From NCBI GenBank assembly GCA_964016885.1, contig OZ024741.1, forward strand, positions 185,752,001 through 185,816,000: 64,000 nt of DNA. The letters run 5' to 3'. The translations under genes were made by a program, and so were the position numbers. The notes under the pieces are model-generated. The model saw only the letters and a program-made list of their open reading frames with translations, was not told the origin of the DNA and ran no database searches. Shown one piece after another: positions 43,250-58,382 of this stretch. Every line of letters starts with the position of its first letter. The first letter of the stretch is position 1. Source of the stretch: Eledone cirrhosa (taxonomy: Eukaryota).

Positions 43250-44900
43250 AGAAGCACATGAGGCGTGAGAGAATATCATCAACACTCAGAAACTGATGTG
43301 GTCAAACATCCAAGGAACGAGGAACCGCATGGCTAACAATTTCCAAGTGTCGAATAATGATATCCCAGCGCTGTATGGATTCCACAGCGATCATATAACC
43401 ACCAATCTAATGGCAGGACCACTAACAAGAATTTTCTGCGAAGCTAACTTCGCCACCAACTAAACTATAGTTGCTAGAGGATCTCTTCCTTCCTTTCTAT
43501 GGGCATACACCTCGACATCGGGATGTATTCGGATGTGTAACAGCAAAGAGGACCTCCACATTAGCAACAACAAATGCAACCGAACATACGAACTTACAGG
43601 CCGACTACTAGGCAGGTAACACAATATCCATCCCTCGGCGTTGATTTATTGTGGACATGATCAGGAAGAAGAATGTAGATTTCTGAGGTGTTGATACAGA
43701 GTATCTGGGCATCCTCCTTAGACTTACCTGTGAAAGAATGTACCTAGAGAAATACGACCATAGCTGTCTCTGCCTCAGTAGAACGATAAGAGGTAGATCT
43801 CATCAATGGTCTAGAAAAATCCAATGGAAAGGGTGCGTCAGAGCCACACGGACTCCCAAACAACATGATCAGTTAATAAAAATAGTCGCACATGCGATAA
43901 GAGTAAGTACTAATGTTAGTCTAAAGGGCCTCATGTTTAAGTTTCATGGTAGGGTAGGGCATGAGAGAGAAGGAACGCTTATTAGAGAGATCCATAACCC
44001 TAACCATATACTATCACTGTGTTGATGACATCAACGGTAAAACCACCCTCACAAGAGAGTAACCATGGACCTGACTCAGAAGCTAGCAAACCATAGAGAG
44101 CTTCCAGCAAATTACTAACTCCATCCACCAGAGTATTAAGATATCAATAGAGTACCTTACTAACAACTCCAACCACAAACTATCTGTGTTAGACACAGAA
44201 TTCTGGCTGGAAACTAATTATGACAAGTCCAAAATCGTCTATTCGTACTATGCCAGACACATGGACTCCGAATATCTGATCTGCGGGAGCTCAGCTATCA
44301 CAGATAATATTGAGTTCAATATATTGATACCGGACTTAGTGAGACCGATGAAATATGTGTCCGGTATGCGCGACCTCACAGAATTAGGGAGGCACATACA
44401 TGTCATTCACCCCATGCATTTTCTGGACACATCGAAAGAGACTGTAGATAGAAAGTAGATCGAGCCTCAACAGAAGACACGAATGGAGTAATAACATACT
44501 CCACCTCACAACATAACGTTTGATGTTAGAATAGGAAACACGAGGAGAAAAACAAAGAAGCAAACATACAAACAGTGCGATATATAAAACCACACAAATG
44601 CTCACAGGACAAGCCTACACGTGTCAAAAACATTGACACAGAGGCAAATGCATACGCAGACAAGAAAACATACAGCAGAAAGACATAATGGAGGAAACGG
44701 ATTAAGACCAAAACGAATAGAGAAGAACAAATGTCATTAGTGCGACCACAGAATGTGTGACGAAAGAGTTTTGACGAAATAACAAATAACTAATAATAAA
44801 GCTAGTGATAATCGATTAGTGAGTAAATTTTTACTTGCAAATTTGGGGGAAATCTCCAAATAAAACAATATCTACAATTTCTGCAAAACATTTTGACTAA
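43250..44900 (+). mobile_element. Degenerate, internally deleted Naiad-like PLE
   Basis: ANNFQVSNNDIPALYG, LSVLDTEFWL, FNILIPDLVRPMKYVS match 51534-53500; decayed HHR hairpin at 44732-44775. Confidence 0.8.
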
Positions 44901-46075
44901 ATCTACCTTATACCTCACTCATAAATGATTTATAAATGAATCGGAAACTTGGATAGCTGTGGATGAAACGGTTTTTTAAGAGCGTTAGATTAAGGCTGAC
45001 AATGAACAGAACAGCAATATCATAACACCAATATCTGCAGTGTCAATAATTGTTTCTGCATTAGGCATAAGTTCAGTAATTTAAAGGGGAGAGCAAAGTC
45101 ATTATGCGACAAAAGAGCATCAGTCTGAGGAGCAGATGGATACTGGTGTCGGGTCCATAATTCCTATGTGTCACCTTGAGCCAATCCTCTGCGAAACGCG
45201 CGTAATAGGACGATACGCAATAAATATTTTTCATATGTAAACGAAACTGCCTCGTTGTTCGTATTATATACACTCTGCCTGAATGAGTGCTTGAATTGGT
45301 ACCAACACCAGTACTTCACCGTACTAACTACACTATATATAACTACCTACACTATGTTTGTGGATATGTATGTGTCTGTGTCTTTGTGTGTGTAGTTATA
45401 ATACAATGTATAAAATAGATGAACGTAAAAAAAGAACACTTCATTGTTTAGATGTTTAAGCAGAGATACGAATATGTAGATTTAATCTTTGTTGGCCTGG
45501 GTGTAATTGTAGATTGTTTCTGGCGTTAAAACAAGGGGAGGGAAATAAAACGATCCACACACGCAAAGACACACATACACCCACACCCACATCCGCACAC
45601 ACATATATATACCCCTCCCTACATATATATATGTACATATATTCATATAATATACATATATCGTATGTAAATTAAAAGTAAAAAGTAAAAGTGAATACGA
45701 ATGAATTGAACACACATACACACCCTTATATTTACATATTTTTGCTCATACATATATGCACACACACTATTTTACTCACATATACACACACATTTCTTCT
45801 TAGCTTCGTACGGACGTATAATAATACACACACATACACACACATGCTTACGCACGTGATCAAGTATAGCTCTTTTTACAAAACGGTCTTTTTTCCATTT
45901 CAGGTAGACGCCTTCCATCATCCACTTTGCTAAAAAATAAATCATACACAAAATGCCAGCACCAACAGTGTTGCAAGAGATGTCAACAAGAATGGACCTG
46001 TTATTTTTTTATCTAAACACAATTTTTCCAATTCCACCCCGCCCGTCCCCTCAATCTATCTTATTTCTCGTACTT

Positions 46076-46111
46076 TCTTATGATGAAGGACTAGCGTCCG
46101 AAACGTTAAGA
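46076..46111 (+). ncRNA. Minimal hammerhead (C3 mutated to A) in a PLE 3' remnant (45880-46200); second tail copy at 49200-49310 (-)
   Basis: TCTT-aTGATGA-A-GGAC-tagc-GTCC-GAAA-CG-TT-AAGA; palindromic AACGTT. Confidence 0.7.
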
Positions 46112-46207
46112 CCCTCTTCCTTCTATATCAAGCGTTAACCTAAGATATCCCTTCCATATACAGTACCGATTGTGTTGTTATTTCTGTTTACCTTTTACAT
46201 TTACATG

Positions 46208-46328
<121 letters not shown>

Positions 46329-46886
46329 TATGAGAAAAACGAACACAGACATATACATATATGTGTTCAAATTGTAATGGACCAGAATCGCTAAGGTGAA
46401 AAAAATACTAACTACAGACAATAGGGTTTGCCAGACTCAATTTAAGAATAAATCAAGAAAGATAAATACAAACCATAATTGTGGTAACAACCGAACACCT
46501 GGACAGTTTTGATAAAACTGTTTCGCAATATTATTTGTGAAAAGGAGTACCAAAGTCCTAAGCTCATCAGCGGGTGAAGAAATTAGTATCCTGATCACTT
46601 CTAAATCTAATAAAAAAAACTGGATATGTAACGCACATGGTTCCCGAACTTATCGTGCCTTGCACGCTCACGCCACTAAAAATAGCAGCCGAGTTTACTC
46701 GACACTTGAATTAGCTCGACGAATTAACGGAGCCGAATATATCAAAGGCATGTATTGAGTTAGAAGCTGAAAATAGTCTCATTATACTATACGGCTCGCA
46801 CAAACCTCTTTCCTAGAGCTAATTTACTGTCATGAGACTATTTTGAGTTTCTTATCTCAATACATGCCTTTGATATATATATATAT

Positions 46887-48016
46887 AGAAGTGGTTACAC
46901 AACAGTTAGTTCACCATACCGAGAACAATGTTTCACCTTACGGATCCTCAGCTCGTAATGGACATGGTTATACGGAACAGCAAGGACAACAGTACGAACG
47001 CGCATGCGCAGAAACGATCACTTCACACAGCCAATACTAATTTGCGTGCGAGAGGTGTAAGGGAGATAACTGCGAAAGTCCGAAAGTTTCTAGTTGATAA
47101 GAACATTAAGATGTAATTCAATTGTAATTCAATCGGCAACTTTGTAGTTATGTAAGAGATGTTTCCAGACGTGTGGACAACGTGTCAAGAATTCATTTCT
47201 CGGATTTAGGCAATCACTATTGCGTAATGTCTTTAGAATATTTATTCTTTCATCAATACATAGTCCACATGACGTATTGACCCTTGCGTATGGCTTGGAC
47301 TTAGTGATGGCTTTCCATTGAATGGAGTAGTCTATACTTGAGTCCTATAGGGACAATACGTGGCTCGCGAGTTTCGTGGATGAACGTCTGTCCGGGTACC
47401 TAAAGGTCGACTGGTCGTTCAGGAAGTGTTCCTTAAATCGGTCCTCCGCCATAACCACATAGGATTTGACCTCCTGTGGTTGATTTGGTCGGTTGGAAGT
47501 GACCACAGCTTCATAAACTACAGCGGGTGTGTTGCATTGCTGTTGAAGGGGACAAGCTTCGGGCTTGCGGCAAGAGCACTCTGGTGCGGTGTTGCTCTTA
47601 GGGCTGTTGGGGATGAGGGCCTTCATGTTCTTAGAGCAGGAGTATCCTAGTTTTACTTTGTGCGGTTAACGATGGAGCGGTATTTATGACCTATGGGAAA
47701 GTGTCTATCTAAGAGGGCTAGAAATGTTTTGCCTACATTGATTTTAACGTTGAGTGAGAAGGGAGGAGAGAACCAGATAGTTTGTCCATTGTTATGCTTT
47801 CTTTTCTTATTGATGTTGTTGTTAGTGGGAGAGTAAGTGATAGGTTGCGAGAAGCAGCTGTTAGCTAACGCCGCGTTATAGTAGGGTGCCGCTCTGACAA
47901 AGATTGCCTTATTAGAGGAGAGGTTTGAGATTCTAGTACTGATATTATTTACGAAGTTTCTAAAAACAGTGGGAGGGTGGCATGAGTCCTTGTGAATGTA
48001 ATTGAGTTTTTCGTTA
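46887..48016 (-). mobile_element. 5'-truncated Hydra-like PLE (RT thumb, CxCx5C linker, GIY-YIG) ending in (TA)n
   Basis: YIHKDSCHPP, IWFSPPFSLNVKINVGKTFL, CSCRKPEACPL..C..VVYEAVV..SYV.MAE..FK, STKLASH, CGLC..EK. Clade assignment is from recalled motif descriptions. Confidence 0.8.
46920..46955 (-). ncRNA. Minimal type-I hammerhead, core intact
   Basis: CGAG-CTGAGGA-T-CC-gtaa-GG-T-GAAA-CATTG-TT-CTCG. Confidence 0.8.
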
Positions 48017-48108
48017 CGAAACGGCTTGAGCTCTGCCATCGGGATCATACATTTTCCTTGCTTAAATTTAATCTGTTATTTTAATAAATAAATATATATA
48101 TTTTTCCA

Positions 48109-48162
<54 letters not shown>

Positions 48163-48163
48163 A

Positions 48164-48195
<32 letters not shown>

Positions 48196-48218
48196 TGTGT
48201 GTCTGTGTGTGTATGTGT

Positions 48219-48307
<89 letters not shown>

Positions 48308-48710
48308 CTGAATTGCGTCAAGAACGGATATAACTTAATTAAAAGTGTGTAAGCACACATAGCTAGGTAGGTAAATAATTAAAGTTTAACTAGAACTCTA
48401 AAAATAGATACCTTATAAATTGATTAATCTTCCTTGTATATATTTCATTAAAGAAATATATTTCAGCATCAATCGATCGGTAAACCACAGTAGCCAGATT
48501 CGAATTCTCAACAAAGGAGAAGATTTAACTATCTGTGTTTACACAGGAAATTCAAATCTGCGAATGACTAGCAGCACGTGTTGCATTTTTTTAAAATACA
48601 CACATCGTACCAGCTTCATTCCAGTGGCGTGAATAGGGTATCGACAACTAGCAATAGCAGCCGAGTTCTTTCAACTGAGTTAGCTCTTCAATATAGATAT
48701 ATATATATCC

Positions 48711-48858
48711 AAAATTAAATTATGGGTGTCATGTCAGAGAGACATGCGCCATATCCACATGTCAGAGAGACATGCGCCATATTCACTGGAATCTTGGCGC
48801 ATATTCTACAGTGGATATGGCGCATGTCTCTCTGACATGACATCCTTAATTTAATTTT
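48711..48858. mobile_element. MITE-like palindrome with internal tandem duplication
   Basis: About 45-bp inverted arms AAAATTAAATTA.GG.TGTCATGTCAGAGAGACATGCGCCATATCCAC; CATGTCAGAGAGACATGCGCCATAT is repeated twice on the left. Confidence 0.7.
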
Positions 48859-48882
48859 GTATATATATATATATATATATAT

Positions 48883-49186
<304 letters not shown>

Positions 49187-49599
49187 AATATATATATGTA
49201 AAAGGACATATATGTATGTAAAAGGTAAACAGAAACAACAACACAATCGATACAGTATATGGAAGGAATTTATTAGGTTAACGCTTTTAATAGTAGGGAG
49301 AGGGTCTATATATATAGATATGGGTGGATATTACCGATGTGTATCAGGAGGTTACCACAGTTAATGATGATATATTAGTAGAGTATAGGCCTCTATTCAT
49401 ATATTAGGGTTTTTATTTTATAAAGGATTTGCCAATCATCTCATATCAATTATGCCTGTATTTGAGAGTATTTTCAAAATCCACAATAACATTCGAGTTA
49501 ATAGAGAAATACTTTTTGTGGATGAAATGTATTACCAGGAACAGCGCCCTTTGTCCTTTGTCCTAGAAAAGATAATATGCAGACAAATGAAATGAAAAT

Positions 49600-50000
49600 A
49601 AGCAGAAAGAAGACTTCTAAATACATAATTGTTTGGGGGTTAAAGTGAGAAACACATTTCATGAATGAAATTTATAGCCGGATTCTGATTTTTCTAGATC
49701 TTTCGATTCAAATAGTGAAGCTTCAATTGTTCTTTGAACGGAACTATCTTAATCCCAGATATGGCCTTATCCATCCAATGAGCCTAGTGTAAACAGCTGG
49801 TGCCAAGAAGCAAAACTGGCGAGATGACCAACCACCAAGATAGAGGAGTGTGAGATTTATGAACACGGCATGTCTTCTCATGGACCAGGTGATGTTAAAA
49901 AATAGCGAAAACCTTTGCAAAACCAGTTCTAGAATGTGATGGCGCAAAAGGAATGTTTTCAAAGCTGCATCCACTTTCGTATTAGCTCCATTATAGACAC
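49600..50000 (-). pseudogene. Degenerate hAT-related DNA transposase fragment
   Basis: LRHHILELVL (CxxH-like) and, across a frameshift, H*AHWMDKAISGIKI (HARW-like). Confidence 0.45.
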
Positions 50001-50625
50001 ATCGTGCCTAGAAATGTTTGTAAATGCTATGTAAGGAATAGCGGCTTACCATACAGATATTTTCTCCCATTTCACGTGACAACAAGCGTGTAGAATCGGT
50101 TTATTCGTGGTGTTGCTACCATGAAGATTTCACCATCCTCCTCCTCATCATCATCATTAGTAGCTGAGCTGGATGACGAAACTTCAGCAGTTACATTTTC
50201 AGAAATCTTGTTTGTTCATCCTTCTTTCTCTTTCTTAATTTCATATCATGAATATTATTTTCCTTATTCTGAATGGCTCCAGCCAACAACAGTCAGCAAC
50301 AGCCAACAACAGTCAGGAACGAAAACATCCGATTTTCCCGTTATGTCTCAGGAAAAGCCTTGTCTTCTGATGGGACATCATTTTATTCGAGTACGTCCTG
50401 GCTTGCAATGTCAAACATTTCCTTGAGATCATCTTTCCAAGTCTCGTGCTTTACAATTGCTCTGTCAATGATCATCGAATTTCCATTATTCCTTCTTTTA
50501 TACTCTTTATACAATTTTTAGATTGAAACTAATAGATTGCTAATACTCCGATGACATCAAACGAAAGTTTGGAAGAAACGATTGTCAGCAATTAAATGAT
50601 TTGAACATAACTTTGATAATTGTGT

Positions 50626-50683
<58 letters not shown>

Positions 50684-50941
50684 ATAAAAAAAGACGTTGG
50701 AACACGTAAATAAAGGGGACGCGAGGGTAAACAAACAAAATGCTGAAGCAACAGCAAGTGAGGAAGAAAGAGACAAGTCCCAGATTTCTATGAATTTAAA
50801 TTCGGTGAAATTGTGAACGAGAGAATAAAGACCATCAAACCTGGTTGAAATGTGAGCAAGGAAGGAATTTCACACAGGTCTAACGGGAGGAAGAAGGGGT
50901 CTGGTCCGCGAATTCGGTAAACATAAGTTCTGTGAAATCGT

Positions 50942-53496
50942 GGGGAGGGTCATATTTGTGTAATATTGCCAGAATTAATAACAGAACACACTCACTGTTT
51001 GATTGGTTTTCGCTTTTCGCTTCTGTGTCTTTCATATCGGTAATCTAATTTACTCGGTCCTCAATGTTGCCATTGACTGACCGACGGTCAAAAATAATAC
51101 AGATACAATATAGACACCAACACATATATATAGTTTATCATAAATCTTTCGTTGCACATCTGCAACATCGTCAGTGGTGCTATTGTTTCCTCCCGTTGCA
51201 TTGTATGTCTACGCCATTTTTATTTAATCTGTCTATATATTTATTTATTTATTTACTTGTTTGTTTATTTTATTTTGTCTTCTTTGCGCATGCGTTTGCG
51301 TGTGTGTATAGTATTTTGTTTGATGTGTGATGTGTGGTCGTGATTGGGTGACTAGTGTGTGTTTATGTGTTTGTTGTTATTGTGCTTGTGTATGTATTTA
51401 TTTATTTATTTATCTATTTATTTATTTATTTTATTTTATTTACTTATTTATACTTCTCTTAGGTCAGTGTTGTCTGTTTGGGTGTTGTTGTTATTCCATT
51501 CATTCTTTCTGTTTAGTCTTGGTCTTCTAAGTTCTATTTAACTGCCTCTCTGATTTGCCTATCTGCTGGGTCATTTCTATGCTTAGATATTATTCTAATT
51601 TCTATGTTGTCTATGTTACCGTCATGTTGTTGTCTGGCATGTTCGTATAGTACTGATCCGGTTTTTCGTCCTTTTAGTTCTCCCCAGTGTTGGTCTATCC
51701 TTTCACCTATGCTACGAGCTGTCTCACCTATGTATGTTGTTGTCACGTTTCTGCAAGTACCCTCTGTACATCTTATGCTATAGACTACGTTTCTAGTTTT
51801 ACAGTTTATCCGGGGGTTTACCTTACATATGATATATTTCCTATTGGTACAGTGGGTTTTCTTAAAAGGGTAGGTTTTGCTGATCAGGGATTTTATGGTG
51901 GTTCCTGGCTTTTCTACCACCTTAATTTTTAAGTGGGTCTTTCTCAGGGCCTTTCTACACTGTTTAGCTAATTTCCCTCCAGGGGTAGCGTCCACAAACA
52001 TGATACTCTGGTATCTCTGGTTGTCGTACCATGAGGTGGCTTTCCCTATCTTATGTCTAGCCCTATCTAAGCTATTCCATGATTTGCTCCTGTATAATGG
52101 GCAAATTCCTTTCATGTCCAGTTCTATGAAGGTCTAATACTTCTCCATGGCTCCTTCGTATACTCTGACTCTGTCTCTTTGGTTGTAGCCAGAGAACTGC
52201 ATGCGGTTGATGAAGTGTTGGATGTGTCTTTCCATTTCTGTCGGGTCGCACATGCGGGACACATTCTTCATCACTCGTACTAAATCTGCGATCAGAATAT
52301 TAAACTTAGCACTACTGGACATTGCTGAGTTTTTGAGTATCAGGTATTTGGAGGCCATGGGTTTAGCATAGTGTGAGTGGAGAATTTGGGCCCTCTCGTC
52401 TATAGTGTTAATCCATAGTTCTGTGTCTAATACAGGTAGTCTATTGTTAGGGTGTTTGGATGGGAAGTCGATAGTTACAGTTATACTCTGGTGTATGGAA
52501 TTAGCTATCTGCTGGATGCTTTCGATTGTGCTACGTTCTAAATCAAACTTGTTAGTGCTCTCTAGTGGGGATGTTCTTATAACTATATTGATATCGTCTA
52601 CATAACGAGAGTACATGATGAGGTCTATGGAGCTCTCATTAAGGAGATCTTTAAGTCTCCTTTCCCACCATACCATGAAAAGGATGGCAACATCACCAGC
52701 TATGCTGACGCTAATGGCGGCTCCCTCATTTTGGGTGTAGATTTTCTCGTTGAACTTAAATATGTGGCCCTTTAGGGTAGTTTTGATACTAGCCCCTATT
52801 GCATGTGCGACCATTTTTCTTACCTGATCATTGTTTTGGGGGGTCCGTATAGCTTTGGTCCACCCAATCCACCTTCCCATGGGAGTCTTTTTCGCCATTG
52901 AGGTTACGGTGGGGGGTCTACCTCTTATGGGTCTACTAGGGCAGAAACGTCTAAGGTCATGGCTGTCTAGGTAGTCAGTGTCGTAGGTAAGTCTAAGTAG
53001 GAGGCCCAGTTCGTCTGTGTCGACGTCGCTGAACTCCACCTCACTCTCAATGATCATCTCCACACATTTTTTCACAGCAAAATTAATGTTAATGGATGGG
53101 TTCAGTGACACCATATCCATGCTGACTTTTATGCAGTTGGATAGGCTCCTGTTTTTGTTCCACTCACTGATTCTGCTGAGGAGGTTCTCTGTACTGTCAC
53201 ATACATCTGGGGATATCTTGATTATGGGGCGTATAACAATTGAGAGGAATTAGGAGATACTGTAGTTGCTAGCTATATTAGCTCCGCATACGGGTATTGT
53301 TGGTGGTCCTGTTGTCGGGTCGTCGACTGTCTTGTAGTCTTTGTGGAGCCCATACAAGGGTGGTATGCCATTGTTAGACGCCTGGAAGTTGTTGGCAGTG
53401 CGTCTGCTTGGCTTTAGGATGTCAGTCCACATCATCATGTGAGCGTTGAGGATTTTCTCTCTGAGGATTTTCTCTATAAAAAACCTCGCAAAACTA
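50942..53496 (-). mobile_element. 5'-truncated Naiad-like PLE pseudogene (RT plus GIY-YIG)
   Basis: PLYGLHKD, DMVSLNPSI, a long insert before IFKF..YTQNEG, YSRYVDDI, LPVLD, VVYSIRC..YIGETARSIGER..H. Stops at 53250 (TAA) and 52134 (TAG); frameshift near 51540. Confidence 0.9.
51137..51178 (-). ncRNA. Hammerhead in the terminal repeat of the Naiad-like PLE
   Basis: ACCA-CTGACGA-T-GTTGCA-gatg-TGCAAC-GAAA-GATT-TA-TGAT. Confidence 0.7.
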
Positions 53497-53601
53497 TATA
53501 TATATATATATACGTTATTCCGGGTTGAATATGAGGTAACCACAGTAAGTAAGGTACTCAATACATTGCAGGGTATAAAAGTTTATATATATATACGTGG
53601 G

Positions 53602-53650
53602 GATTCATGATGATTTCTCTCGAATGAAACATTTCTAGTCCTGTAGAAGC
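53602..53650 (+). ncRNA. Degenerate family B hammerhead
   Basis: GATTC-aTGATGA-TTTC-tctc-GAAT-GAAA-CAT...CTG-TA-GAAGC. Confidence 0.55.
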
Positions 53651-53668
53651 AATTTCTATATTAAATAT

Positions 53669-53762
<94 letters not shown>

Positions 53763-54146
53763 CAGGGATTGTATATACGAAATGTTCATGTACAACAAAC
53801 ATCCTTTTAGCTTCCCTGTGTTTGTGTGTGTGCGTGTACGCGTATGTATGCGTTTGTGTATAACCACAATCCCAAGATAGAAAATCTCACATTTTCGTAT
53901 ATAAAACATGATTGAACTACCTTGTTACTTCATGGTCATGGACATGTCACACATTTATGTCAGATATGAATAACAGATAAACACAGTTTATTTAGATAAT
54001 GTTGTAAATCTTTATGTAACGATTATTATATTTATTTGTGTCATATAGATCACAAATATGTTGACAGATATAAAGTGCATACCGAGGACAAAATATTTCT
54101 GTATCCATGTATATGTACGTATATATATATATATATAAATATATAA

Positions 54147-54550
<404 letters not shown>

Positions 54551-54554
54551 ATAT

Positions 54555-54687
<133 letters not shown>

Positions 54688-54758
54688 TGTATATATATAT
54701 AATATATATTATATATATATATACATATATATATACATACACACATATATATATACAT

Positions 54759-54818
<60 letters not shown>

Positions 54819-54849
54819 CACATACATAACATATATCTACATCTATCTA

Positions 54850-55830
54850 AGGACATACCCTTATTGAGTGCTTTGCTAGCCATTCCTTATTTAGGTCGAC
54901 TTTGTTTGGCCACAGCTAAAGCTTCGATTTTACTAAGCTTCCACTTGTATTATTATCTCCTCGACATAATAATTAATTAGTTAATTTAATGAGAGAATTC
55001 TGTTGATTGGTTAATTATTTGTGTTTGTTTAATAACGTTTAGTTGAGAGCTGTTATTCGGAATGTTGAGCGGAATTAATTTTCCTTTGTTAACACTTTGA
55101 ATTTACCCGCGAAAATCCGGGGGTTGCTTCCCTTGTTGGAAATACCACGTGGCAACGAAATGATTGATGGCTGTCTATTGTAGCGGTCGCATGGAGTTTA
55201 AGTTCACTCCCTTTTGAGGCAAGAGAACGGAATGCCTGTCGATGATGTGAATCCACTATTCGATCATGGAATACCACAATCTTGCGTGTTACGTAAGTTG
55301 TATAGATGATTTCAGATTTTTAGAAACATATCCGACGTATTGCAGAATATCGTTCGATCTGTCCAGATCTGTTGTTTTAACCTGATTAGTTCTTTCGTTG
55401 TTTTCAATTTGTCAAGCTATTTAAACGTAATGTTATTACTCTTAGGACCTACCCTTATTGAGTGCTTTGCTACACATTCCTTATTGAAGGTCGAGTTTGC
55501 TTCGATTTTACTAAGCTTCGACTTGTATATATATATATATATATATATATTTGACAATTCCATTGATTGGTTAATTATTTAAGTTTGCTTAATAACGGTC
55601 TGGTTGAGTGCTTAATTCAGTTTGTGAATGGAATTTTTCCATTGCTTATAATTTTTGAATTGACCGCCAGAAACCGGGGTTACCTCCCTTTCGAGTAACA
55701 TGTGCTTCACACCGGGTTTTAGGTTAGAACGAAAGCCTGTTGAGAAAGTAAATTCCTCTGTTCGATCTTCCAGAATCCTAACTTGTATACACCACAAGCG
55801 GATTTTGTTGATTTCGGATTTACAGAAAAC
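54850..55830. repeat. Two diverged direct copies of an unclassified repeat (starts near 54850 and 55444)
   Basis: Shared AGGAC.TACCCTTATTGAGTGCTTTGCTA, GCTTCGATTTTACTAAGCTTC and TTGATTGGTTAATTATTT blocks. Confidence 0.7.
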
Positions 55831-56154
55831 TCACTTAGATATTCGTTAATTTCGAAGTGATGGTTCAGGTATGTTATATATACAGATATCTGCATATATG
55901 TATGTAGGTATATTCTAATATGTATATATGTATGTGTGTGAATCCGTGTGTGTGTGTATATCCTTTTTTCACTAGTCAGTTCGTTCGTTGCTGCAGATCA
56001 CGCGGCTAAATTAGCGGTCGCTATTTTCAATTTGCAAAGCCCTTTAAACTGTATGTTATTACTCTGAGGTCTATTCATTGTCGAGTGTGCTTGGCTGCAC
56101 TGCTGAAGGCATTCGTCGGCTTAGCTGCTGATCGAACTTCGAATATTCTGTACT

Positions 56155-56198
<44 letters not shown>

Positions 56199-56233
56199 GG
56201 TGTTAAAGTTTGCTTGAAGCATTGTGAAATATG

Positions 56234-56324
56234 TAAAATATGTAGTTTAGAAAGCCACAACAATGCAGATGGGAAATCTCGAGGTAAGATTTCCCATCTG
56301 CATTGTTGTGGCTTTCTAAACTAC

Positions 56325-56332
<8 letters not shown>
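56234..56332. repeat. Perfect 46-bp inverted repeat with 7-nt loop
   Basis: TAAAATATGTAG...GGGAAATCT-cgaggta-AGATTTCCC...CTACATATTTTA. Confidence 0.95.
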
Positions 56333-56363
<31 letters not shown>

Positions 56364-56387
56364 TCATAATTTTACGATCATTTCTAG

Positions 56388-56450
<63 letters not shown>

Positions 56451-56630
56451 GTTCATTTCCTTACAGCTGTAGAGTGCTCAACTTATCGGGCTGGGAGATG
56501 CCAATCACATTTACAAGATGCTGAATTTGCTTCAATCATTCCAGGTGGGAGTTGTTTATGTGTTATGTATTTCCGTAGATATATCATTTACCTTTTCTAC
56601 GGAAATACTTAACACACACACACACACACC

Positions 56631-56689
<59 letters not shown>

Positions 56690-56702
56690 ATATATATATA
56701 TA

Positions 56703-56751
<49 letters not shown>

Positions 56752-57423
56752 TTATATTGATAAGAGTATATATATGCATATATATATGTATATGTGTGTG
56801 TGTGTATGTGTGTGTGTGTGTGTGTATGTGTGAGTGTGAGTGTGTGTGTTAAAGAAGCTAGAAAAATGAATGGTAAATAGGATTTCTGTGTGATATGAAT
56901 TAAGAACATAGGCCCCGAACGAATATCAGTAGTTATTTTATCCGATGCTATATCCAATTTGCCAATCCACCACAATCATGCCTTCTACCAATGAAATTGC
57001 AAGCCACACGTGTGACAAGAAAGATAATATACATAGCTATATGAAAATAAAATACAAAAATTAATTAATCTAATACTATTCATCATTCTTATAGTTTCTT
57101 TATCCCCCTTGTAGCAGTTACACTCACGCGCAATTCATTCCATTAAACTTAGCCTATCGCTTATTCACCGAAATAAATTATGATGATTAATATCATTACT
57201 TACTGTTTTATCAGTTATCAATATCGTTGACATTTGTTGTATATGTGTGTGAGTGTGTGTGTTTGTGTGTGTGTGTACGTGTCTTTGTGTGTGTGTGTGT
57301 GTGTTTGCATGTGTGTGTGTGTCTATATATCGATATATGTATTTATATATCGTATATAGGTATGTGCATATGCATACACTCACACTTACGCACATAAATA
57401 CATATGCATATATATATACATAT

Positions 57424-57466
<43 letters not shown>

Positions 57467-57740
57467 CGTGAGTCTGTGTGTATGTGTATGTATGTATCTA
57501 AGTATATTTGGAGTTTGAGGGAGTGTGTTGGGAGTTGAACTTTTGAACTTCATCTTTACTTTGTTAAGACCACAATATCTACTCAGTGAGTGACAAAATA
57601 TATGTTGTTGTATGAAGTGATAGACACATTTTCAGGAGTCACAAATATAATCTGCCAGATTTTGACATTTTGTGAAGCATGTGATGACTAGGTGACATAG
57701 TGTGAGAAAGAGACAATGGAAACGCTAAGTAAGAACAAGG

Positions 57741-57805
<65 letters not shown>

Positions 57806-57844
57806 GTATATATGTATGTATATATATGTATATGTATATATGTA

Positions 57845-57876
<32 letters not shown>

Positions 57877-57937
57877 CATATTAAAATATATATATATATA
57901 TTATTATTATTATGATTATTATTATTATATATAATGG

Positions 57938-58130
57938 GTTGTGGATTGGCAGTATCGTTGGAGGGTCGGACGCCATGCTTTAACGCATGCAGTTACGGCC
58001 CTCGCCATTCTGAATTCAAATCCCGCCGAGGTTAACTTTGCCTTTCATCCTTACGGGGTCGATAAAATAAAGAACCAGTAATGCACTGTGGGTAATTACT
58101 GGCCTTGTGCCTAAAGTAGAAACAATTATT
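57938..58130 (+). mobile_element. Full-length SINE
   Basis: Matches the family consensus. Confidence 0.88.
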
Positions 58131-58156
58131 ACTATATATATATATATTATTATTAT

Positions 58157-58208
<52 letters not shown>

Positions 58209-58326
58209 TATTTATACATATAAGTTCATACATACTATATACGCACAGATCTTCACAAACACACACGATCTGTATATATACAAATATATAAATATATACA
58301 CAGTATATACATACACACACACACCT

Positions 58327-58382
<56 letters not shown>

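Noticed and set aside
51534-53500. Selenocysteine-recoded Naiad
   Set aside because: Interruptions are TAA, TAG and a frameshift, not TGA at Cys positions; no SECIS recognised.
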